A stretch of DNA of 64,000 bases, taken from the NCBI GenBank assembly GCA_964432675.1, contig CAYSOG010000005.1:910-64909 (forward strand). The letters run 5' to 3'. Both the position numbers and the translations under genes were made by a program. The notes beneath the pieces were generated by a model. It had not been told where the DNA came from, made no database searches, and saw nothing but the letters and a program-made list of their open reading frames with translations. Within the stretch, counting starts at the first letter, position 1; each line of letters starts with the position of its first letter. This document shows positions 57,427-64,000 of this stretch, piece by piece. Origin of the DNA: an uncultured Gammaproteobacteria bacterium (GTDB lineage: Bacteria > Patescibacteriota > Microgenomatia > CAYSOG01).

Positions 57427-58944
57427 ATGAAAATCATTGATAATTTTCTTAACAACATTACAATGTACCGGTTGGTGCTCTATTATTTGGCCTTATTAGT
57501 AGTTATCGCGGCAATTTTGAGCGCCTTTGGTATCTTGGCATTTAACTTGTTTGCCATCATCGGCTCAACAATTTTCCTTATAGCGGTCTGTTGGATAACG
57601 AATACCATTTTTGCAAAGACCTATAAAGCACATACGAACGTTGATTCTGTTTATATTACGGCACTCATCTTAGCCTTGATCATAACACCGATCAGAACAC
57701 CATCGGATATTATATTCTTTGTCTGGGTCGGGATTTGGGCAATGGCCTCAAAGTATATCGTTGCCCTTAACAAAAAACACCTATTTAATCCAGCAGCCTT
57801 TGCTGTTCTACTTACGGCTATAACGCTAAACAACTCGGCAAGTTGGTGGGTTGGAACTAGTTATATGATGCCGTTTGTGCTTTTGGGTGGTTTGCTGATT
57901 GTACGAAAACTTGGTCGGTTTGATATGGTCTTCAGTTTCCTTGTGGCCTCGCTTATTACTATCGTTGGATTTAGCCTAGTTAAAGGCACTCCAATTATTA
58001 CTATTTTACAAAAAACATTTATAGACTCCCCTCTTTTATTTTTTGCATTCATCATGCTTACCGAACCACTAACTACTCCGCCATCCAAGAAGTTACGCAT
58101 TATTTACGGCAGTATTGTTGGCGTGTTATTTTCGCCTCAGCTGCAAATTGGTGGATTGTTTACCACACCCGAATCTGCTCTTATTTTAGGAAATGTTTTT
58201 TCGTATATAGTTAGTCCAAAACAAAAACTTTTGCTTGAATTAAAGGAAAAGGTCAAAGTCGCTGAAGATGTCTATGATTTTGTTTTCCATACAAACAAAA
58301 AAGTGGCCTTTACCCCGGGGCAATATATGGAATGGACACTTGGTCACAAAAATCCTGATAGCCGCGGCAGTAGAAGGTACTTAACTATTGCTTCTTCACC
58401 AACGGAAGATAATTTTCGGATTGGCGTAAAATTTCACCAACAACCGAGTACTTTTAAGAAGTCAATGCTGACATTACCAGCTGGCAGCAATCTTATGGCC
58501 GGACAATTATCGGGTGATTTTATCCTACCCGAAGACCCAATGCAAAAATGCGTATTTATCGCAGGCGGCATCGGTATAACCCCGTTTCGAAGTATGATCA
58601 AATATTTAATAGATATCGGGCAAAAGCGAGATATTGTGCTCTTTTACGCAAACAAAACGGTGCAAGATATTGTCTATAAGAATATTTTTGATGAAGCAGC
58701 GTATAAGCTTGGTATAAGGATAATATATACCTTAACGGACCAAAACCAAATCCCAGCTAACTGGCCTGGCTACGTTGGCTACATAACCCAAGAAATGATC
58801 ACACAAGAAGTGCCGGATTATAAGGAAAGGATATTTTACCTCTCCGGCCCACGTTCAATGGTTGAAAATTTTGAGGATACATTAAACAAAATGGCTATTC
58901 CAAAAACCCAAATCAAAATTGATTACTTCCCGGGATTTGCTTGA
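57427..58944 (+). CDS. Membrane protein with N-terminal 6-8 TM domain fused to C-terminal ferredoxin-NADP reductase-like FAD/NAD(P)-binding oxidoreductase domain
   Basis: The C-terminus has RRYLTIASSP (the RxY[ST] FAD-binding motif), FIAGGIGITPFRSM (NAD(P)-binding) and YLSGPRSM. The N-terminal half is hydrophobic and nearly His-free. Confidence 0.65.
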   Translation: MKIIDNFLNNITMYRLVLYYLALLVVIAAILSAFGILAFNLFAIIGSTIFLIAVCWITNTIFAKTYKAHTNVDSVYITALILALIITPIRTPSDIIFFVWVGIWAMASKYIVALNKKHLFNPAAFAVLLTAITLNNSASWWVGTSYMMPFVLLGGLLIVRKLGRFDMVFSFLVASLITIVGFSLVKGTPIITILQKTFIDSPLLFFAFIMLTEPLTTPPSKKLRIIYGSIVGVLFSPQLQIGGLFTTPESALILGNVFSYIVSPKQKLLLELKEKVKVAEDVYDFVFHTNKKVAFTPGQYMEWTLGHKNPDSRGSRRYLTIASSPTEDNFRIGVKFHQQPSTFKKSMLTLPAGSNLMAGQLSGDFILPEDPMQKCVFIAGGIGITPFRSMIKYLIDIGQKRDIVLFYANKTVQDIVYKNIFDEAAYKLGIRIIYTLTDQNQIPANWPGYVGYITQEMITQEVPDYKERIFYLSGPRSMVENFEDTLNKMAIPKTQIKIDYFPGFA

Positions 58945-58971
58945 TCAAATATATTATCAGGAAATGGATGG

Positions 58972-59739
58972 TTAGGCCGCTAGATCGAGCCTAGTTAGCA
59001 AAGCTAGTTTTATGACTGGCTCATCAAAGTACTTACCAAAAGTTTCGGTGAGTTGTTTAAACGCAATATCTGGTGCAAGCGATGGGGAACCGGGACGGTC
59101 TGCAATCATGGCATCGGTAGTATCCGCCAATGCAACCACTTTTCGCATGGTACCCAACAATGGTAGCTCTGGCTCTTTCAGTAAATATTCCGGATACCCA
59201 TTCGGCTGATATAAATGATGGCCATGCACAACAGCAGCTACATGTTGTTCGTATGGAAGAGCTATCATATAACCATATTCAACATGTTCTCTAGCAGTTG
59301 CCTGTTCTTCGTCATCTAACTTTCCAGGTTTATTCAATATATAAAGTGGTGTGTATTTCTTGCCTCCATCATGAATTAAAGTAGCTCTTATGGCCATACG
59401 CTCAATATATTGGCTACCCAAACCTATTTTAGGTGCAACTACGGCAGCAACTTTAGCAGCATTAACCATATGCTTTGCCGTAGGCGCGTCATGTGCTGCA
59501 ACTTGGTTAACGATGTATAAAACATATGGATAGCCTTGCACCGCCTCAATCAGTGCCGGATGGTTATCAAATACATTTTCAACGGTTGGATAAACAAGAT
59601 CACTATCAGCAATACTGCCTTGTGGGGCGAATAAGCCACCAAGTTCATTTCTCATTCGCTTAGTATACCTGATAAAATGCCAGAAAAGCAAGCCAGTGCA
59701 ACCTTTTTTATAATTAAGATGCGATTGAAAGGTTGACAA
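58972..59739 (-). CDS. HD-domain protein, possibly degenerate HD-GYP-like
   Basis: LIHDGGK is an HD motif and HGHHLYQPNGYPEYL resembles the HHExxDGxGYP region. Confidence 0.45.
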   Translation of the reverse strand: MSTFQSHLNYKKGCTGLLFWHFIRYTKRMRNELGGLFAPQGSIADSDLVYPTVENVFDNHPALIEAVQGYPYVLYIVNQVAAHDAPTAKHMVNAAKVAAVVAPKIGLGSQYIERMAIRATLIHDGGKKYTPLYILNKPGKLDDEEQATAREHVEYGYMIALPYEQHVAAVVHGHHLYQPNGYPEYLLKEPELPLLGTMRKVVALADTTDAMIADRPGSPSLAPDIAFKQLTETFGKYFDEPVIKLALLTRLDLAA

Positions 59740-59816
59740 GTTCGCTTGTCGTATGGTACGCTATACGCTCTTTGCCGAAAAATACGGCAAAATAATAATT
59801 GAAAGGTTAGTCGCAC

Positions 59817-59930
59817 TATGGCAACAACCAAAATAAATCAAGCACCAATAGGCAACCCGGTTTCACTTCGGGGGCGCTTAATGCGTGTTCAACAGGTTTT
59901 TGCCACGGTTTTTGTACGAAAACGATCTTA
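59817..59930 (+). CDS. Unannotated 37-aa ORF (MATTKINQAPIGNPVSLRGRLMRVQQVFATVFVRKRS), speculative
   Basis: ATG at 59817 is preceded by gaaagg ~11 nt upstream. The stop lies 27 nt before a strong terminator. An upstream hairpin TTGCCGaaaaataCGGCAA sits at ~59781-59799. Confidence 0.2.
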
Positions 59931-59956
59931 AATTTTAAGTAATTGATTTTTTACAA

Positions 59957-59988
59957 GCGCCGTGGCGAAAACCACGGCGCTTTTTTGT
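59957..59988 (+). terminator. Rho-independent terminator
   Basis: GCGCCGTGGcgaaaaCCACGGCGC, a 9-bp GC-rich stem, followed by TTTTTTGTT. Confidence 0.75.
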
Positions 59989-60118
59989 TGGCTCAATGCC
60001 ATTACAGGCCAGGGTCAATATAGAAGACGGATTAGTCTCGTAGTAATATCTGCAGCAAGCCTTACTGGCAACGGTATTGAGCGACTAAAGCCAGCTAGAG
60101 AGAAAGGAGCAAAACTTT

Positions 60119-61861
60119 ATGTTTCGGAAACTTTGGTACCTGCTCGAACCGTTTCGAAAAACGTTCGGCTGGTTCGTTCTCTTGCTTGTGGTCTATGAAG
60201 GCCTACAGGTAGGAGAAGGGTATGTTATTAGTTTAGTGGTCACGTTATTCGGTCAGCATGCCAAAATGGCAATCTGGATCGGGCTTTTTGCGGGGTTATT
60301 AATCTATGACGAACTCTTTATGCGCATGGATAACGTTATTGATTGGTACGTTGTTGCCAAGATCGTTTATCCGGTGTACAAGCACCTTAAAATTAGTGCC
60401 ATTACAAAATTCCTGAAAATGGATATGACATGGCATCAAAAGCACAACTCGGGTACATTAGTCGGCAAAGTGTCAAACGGTGTCTATAAGGTTAATGATA
60501 TTGTTATAAATGGTAGTTGGGAATTCATTCCAACGCTCATTCAAACACTCTTAAGCCTTATTCCACTTATTATCTTTAGCGCATATGGGGCATTGGTATC
60601 GGTCGCAGCGTTTTGTCTCTTTCTCTTCTTTACGTTTAAGGATAATGAAGCGAAAGAGCCGTTCCGTGCTGTACGGCATGATCTTTATGAAGATGAGTGG
60701 CATCATTTTTCTGAAGGTGTCCAATCGGCTGAAACAGTTGCCATGTTTGGCCAAGCAGATCGTTTGCTGCAGGAACACACCCGGCTCCATGATGAAATCG
60801 TCGCTTCAGGTTTGGCGGAAGGTCGCATTGGTATATTCAAATACAACCGGATAAGAATACGGATTTTGACAATCGCGAGAAGATTAATTCTTGCGATTTG
60901 GATCTATCAACTTTCTACCGGTTCCCTATCGATTGCCAACCTTATTTTCGTCAGCGTGCTAACGGAAAAATTATTCAGTAGTTTCTGGCGTTTTGCCCGC
61001 TTGTTTGACCGAGCCTCAGAAGCCAGCGAAGGGTCTGACCGTTTGGCAAACTTAATGGCAGAAACCGAAGCAAGCTATGGCGGAACATTAGTGCCAGATA
61101 TCAAGGGTCCAATTGGTATTAATTTGGACAACGTTTCATTCGGCTATGATGGTGAATACAACAAAAAGGAAGGCGTGCTCCATAACCTTTCGCTCACTGT
61201 TGAACCGGGAACAATTGTGGGTTTGGTTGGTCCATCAGGCGCCGGCAAAACAACGATCCGCAAGATTGTAACTGGTATGGTGCCAATCCAACGGGGCAAG
61301 ATTACCGTTGGCGGGGTAGATATTAATACCTGGTCTCATGATCATCTTAAGGGCCTTTTTTCGCATGTGCCACAAGGTGACGATGTTTTTATCTACGCAG
61401 AAACGCTGCATGATAATATTGCCTTCGCCAGACCTCAAGCCACGCGACAAGAAGTTATGGCGGCGGCAGAACTAGCCGGCATCCATGAATTTGTTATGGG
61501 ACTGCCAGATGGATACGACACGTTAGTTGGTGAACGCGGCAAACGCCTTTCTGGCGGCCAAAAACAGCGCATCGCTTTGGCCCGTGCTATTATTGCCAAC
61601 CGGCCGATCTTGATTTTGGACGAGGCAACTTCAGCGGTGGACGCAATTACTGAAGGAGAAATCCAACAGAAAATGGCCAGTATTTTGCATGGCAAAACAG
61701 CTATTATTATCGCCCACCGTCTTGCTACCATTTGGGATATTGCGCACAAAATTGTCGTGATGGACAACGGTCGCAAGGTTGAAGAAGGTACCCATGCCGA
61801 GTTGATGCAACAAAATGGTTTGTACGCCCACATGGTAGCATTACAAACCGCTGAAACATAA
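60119..61861 (+). CDS. ABC transporter, fused permease/ATPase (type I exporter)
   Basis: Six-TM N-terminal domain, Walker A GPSGAGKTT, signature LSGGQKQRIALARAI, Walker B ILILDEATSAVD and H-loop IIAHRL. Confidence 0.85.
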   Translation: MFRKLWYLLEPFRKTFGWFVLLLVVYEGLQVGEGYVISLVVTLFGQHAKMAIWIGLFAGLLIYDELFMRMDNVIDWYVVAKIVYPVYKHLKISAITKFLKMDMTWHQKHNSGTLVGKVSNGVYKVNDIVINGSWEFIPTLIQTLLSLIPLIIFSAYGALVSVAAFCLFLFFTFKDNEAKEPFRAVRHDLYEDEWHHFSEGVQSAETVAMFGQADRLLQEHTRLHDEIVASGLAEGRIGIFKYNRIRIRILTIARRLILAIWIYQLSTGSLSIANLIFVSVLTEKLFSSFWRFARLFDRASEASEGSDRLANLMAETEASYGGTLVPDIKGPIGINLDNVSFGYDGEYNKKEGVLHNLSLTVEPGTIVGLVGPSGAGKTTIRKIVTGMVPIQRGKITVGGVDINTWSHDHLKGLFSHVPQGDDVFIYAETLHDNIAFARPQATRQEVMAAAELAGIHEFVMGLPDGYDTLVGERGKRLSGGQKQRIALARAIIANRPILILDEATSAVDAITEGEIQQKMASILHGKTAIIIAHRLATIWDIAHKIVVMDNGRKVEEGTHAELMQQNGLYAHMVALQTAET

Positions 61862-61874
61862 CCTGTTTCATTTC

Positions 61875-61933
61875 AAAGCACCGGGCTTTGTGGACGATTT
61901 TCGTTCCCAAAGTTCCGGTGCTTTTTCTTTTTC
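61875..61933 (+). terminator. Rho-independent terminator after the ABC exporter
   Basis: AAAGCACCGG...(inner CTTTG/CAAAG)...CCGGTGCTTT followed by TTCTTTTTC. Confidence 0.6.
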
Positions 61934-62186
61934 TAGAGACTAATACTTGGTCATTATATTAACCTATAGTATTGACTTATTATATAAATTCAGCTATAAT
62001 AAGTTACAAGATTTGTTCCATTTGCTTATCCTAAAGTATGGAATAAACACACCTTAAAAATCATTGGAAAGTTAATCGAGCCGTTCGGTTGCGCTGGAAT
62101 ATCGATATTTCTATAGAATTATTTTCTCAAGAAACGATCGTACTATCATCCAACGACAAGGCAAAGAACAAGGAGGAGGTTCTCGC

Positions 62187-63116
62187 ATGAAACTATGGAT
62201 GAGGTTGGTTTTCGCACTGGCAATTTTGTCTGTTACTGCCTGTTCAAATGGAAAGCCTTCAAACAGTAGCTTAAAGGCACCTTATACCGAGGCAACCAAT
62301 ACAGTTAGACAAGCACCTACTACAACACCTGTTGCCTTATCACCTTGTCCCACTCCGCCGGCTACCGAGCTGAAAACACTGGCAGCATATCTTGTCGCAA
62401 CGCCGAATAAAGTATTCGCTTTTGATGGCGTGGCAATAGCCAAGAGTGGCGACCTTTATGTCGACCAGGTTACCGCAAGTTCAGAAAAGGAAACAACGAC
62501 CAGGCATCTAAGCCTCGGTGTCCATGGCAGTAGTCCCGTGATCAATAGTGCGGGAACGCAGGTAGCTTATCTTACCGACGATGGCAATATCGCGGTAATC
62601 AATACCGATGCCAGCGATAATCATGTCGTTGCCGCTCGGCTCGATGGCAATACCATATTTGACTACGTAAGCTGGTCACCAACTGGCGCTTACATCGGCT
62701 ACGCTCGAAACACAAAGCTCGACCCAAATGATCCAAGGCACGCTTCATTCGATCGAGGGGTGTACTTAGTTACGCCAGACGGAAAATACACCGTTCAGAT
62801 CGTACATATGGAATTTAATGGGTATAATGACATAGATACTCACTACACGTGGTCGCCGGCTGGCAATTATATTGCCTATAAGTACCTCTTTAAAACGCCA
62901 CCAGATGCATATCTTATAATTAAATCGATTAAGGATCCAAACGATAAGGCGACCTTCGCATTTGGACCTCTATATAACAATACAACCATACTGTCATGGT
63001 TCGATAACGATAGGACAGTTGTGTTGAAGAATATCTCACCTCAAGGAACTGTATATAGAGCTGTCCAAGACGGCATTACGTCAAAACCAACAGCGTGCCA
63101 AGTGGCAACATCTTAG
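62187..63116 (+). CDS. Secreted lipoprotein with TolB/PD40-like beta-propeller repeats
   Basis: Signal peptide with lipobox LSVTAC|S. Repeats of the type YLTDDGNIAVINTD, YVSWSPTGAYIGYAR and YTWSPAGNYIAY. Confidence 0.55.
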   Translation: MKLWMRLVFALAILSVTACSNGKPSNSSLKAPYTEATNTVRQAPTTTPVALSPCPTPPATELKTLAAYLVATPNKVFAFDGVAIAKSGDLYVDQVTASSEKETTTRHLSLGVHGSSPVINSAGTQVAYLTDDGNIAVINTDASDNHVVAARLDGNTIFDYVSWSPTGAYIGYARNTKLDPNDPRHASFDRGVYLVTPDGKYTVQIVHMEFNGYNDIDTHYTWSPAGNYIAYKYLFKTPPDAYLIIKSIKDPNDKATFAFGPLYNNTTILSWFDNDRTVVLKNISPQGTVYRAVQDGITSKPTACQVATS

Positions 63117-63145
63117 TCACTAAACTTTCCAATCTCTCTCATTTC

Positions 63146-63181
63146 GCGCCACGTTCATTTAAACTGAACGTGGCGCTTTTC
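63146..63181 (+). terminator. Rho-independent terminator
   Basis: GCGCCACGTTCAtttaaacTGAACGTGGCGC followed by TTTTCAT. Confidence 0.7.
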
Positions 63182-63220
63182 ATATCCGTAGCATCTTCAT
63201 AGTAAATGGAGCGAGACAAC

Positions 63221-63256
63221 AAAAAGCCCCAAGAAAATAATCCTGGGGCTTTTTTG
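63221..63256. terminator. Bidirectional terminator hairpin flanked by A-run and T-run
   Basis: AAAAAGCCCCAagaaaataatccTGGGGCTTTTTT. It serves the convergent genes 62187..63116 (+) and 63283..63987 (-). Confidence 0.6.
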
Positions 63257-63282
63257 CAACCGGTTAGTGGCGCTGCTTTTCT

Positions 63283-63987
63283 TTACAGATGGTTAAAGTA
63301 GCTTACGCACTGACCTTGGTTTTTAAATGGCTGGCCATTATTGTCTTGCAAACTTTGGTAGCCATATTTCTTACAATCATCCTTTGATGTCGGCGTATTC
63401 GGGCCGCCGATATTAGCACCATTAACACTAATATTATCAAGATAGGCATAGCCATTACCCTGGTCTGTACCTTCATCGAAGACAATATCAATGCTCTGGA
63501 CCGTCGTACCTGGTGCAATTACCGGAAATGCTTGTGTTGGGTCCGTTGGGTTGAATACTTTATGGATCCAAGTATTTCCCAGGGTATCAGTCGTTGTACC
63601 CGTCGTCGTACCCGCTGCACATCCGATAAAGTGGGTAACGTTATCGCTGGTTACCACGTTAAAACGTGGAGCTCCTGCGCCGCAATGGCTATCACTGCGA
63701 ATATCGTAATTCAACTCTGTTAACGTTATCCCATTAACACCGTTAATCGTTGCACCCGAAGACGCGTTTGTTGCCGTAAGGCATGGTTTGGTAAGGTGTA
63801 ACGCTGGCGGCGGATTGCCCGTGGTACTGTCCCAAGTTGACTGAATACCACTACAAGCGTTGCCCGGATCATATGTCCAAGGCGTAACCGACATGGTTGG
63901 ACCAGCTGCCAATGTTGGCATCACAGTAGCCGCAAGCCCGACCGCAGCAATCGCTGCTGAAGTTAGTATTTTTTGCATAGTAGTCAC
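63283..63987 (-). CDS. Secreted hypothetical protein (signal peptide, Gly/Thr-rich beta-rich)
   Basis: N-terminal signal peptide MQKILTSAAIAAVGLAATVMPTLAAG. No enzymatic motif. Confidence 0.45.
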   Translation of the reverse strand: MTTMQKILTSAAIAAVGLAATVMPTLAAGPTMSVTPWTYDPGNACSGIQSTWDSTTGNPPPALHLTKPCLTATNASSGATINGVNGITLTELNYDIRSDSHCGAGAPRFNVVTSDNVTHFIGCAAGTTTGTTTDTLGNTWIHKVFNPTDPTQAFPVIAPGTTVQSIDIVFDEGTDQGNGYAYLDNISVNGANIGGPNTPTSKDDCKKYGYQSLQDNNGQPFKNQGQCVSYFNHL

Positions 63988-64000
63988 CTCCTTTCCGCAT

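Noticed and set aside
57427-58100. Ferric-reductase/NOX-type bis-heme transmembrane domain in front of the FNR-like domain
   Set aside because: The hydrophobic N-terminal half contains almost no histidines. The four TM His ligands required for two b-hemes are absent.

Overview
The window is 64 kb of low-GC (roughly 40%) bacterial chromosome. Gene content suggests an uncultivated, monoderm-like lineage, possibly Patescibacteria/CPR-like, but the lineage cannot be settled from sequence alone. Supporting features: many glycosyltransferases, an LPXTG anchor substrate, H+-pyrophosphatase, a PiT phosphate transporter and an archaeal-type PPAT. Housekeeping genes recognised with high confidence: secA, folP, serS, lysS, greA, tRNA-Glu, an FKBP isomerase, hppA, two MFS exporters and two ABC exporters. 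The left 17 kb is one large cell-envelope glycan biosynthesis locus: a GT2, three GT4s, a CE4 deacetylase, a pyruvyl transferase, a PP-loop amidotransferase-like enzyme, a Wzx-like flippase, an 824-aa polytopic membrane protein and a GH5 hydrolase. Paralogous secreted S53/S8-family peptidases bracket it. The most unusual region is 20.6-26.4 kb. It holds two paralogous secreted proteins made of shuffled 6-Cys modules joined by Pro-Thr linkers. Their last ~155 bp are nearly identical at DNA level, and they flank a membrane-anchored TPR protein. A type II membrane protein and an LPXTG cell-wall-anchored protein follow, with no sortase in the window. Other notable modules:
- a vWA protein paired with a non-RD Ser/Thr kinase, which looks like a TerY-P-type set lacking the PP2C phosphatase;
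- a stand-alone C39-like cysteine peptidase immediately upstream of an ABC exporter and back-to-back with folP;
- a compact three-gene set of an FMN-binding protein, an ApbE flavin transferase and a membrane protein with an FNR-like domain, suggesting extracytoplasmic flavin-based electron transfer;
- two adjacent HEXXH metallopeptidase-like genes;
- a 37-aa ORF followed by a strong terminator just upstream of an ABC exporter;
- a PPAT-like nucleotidyltransferase fused to an uncharacterised C-terminal domain.
Several convincing rho-independent terminators were found by eye. There are no CRISPR arrays, rRNA genes or obvious transposases.
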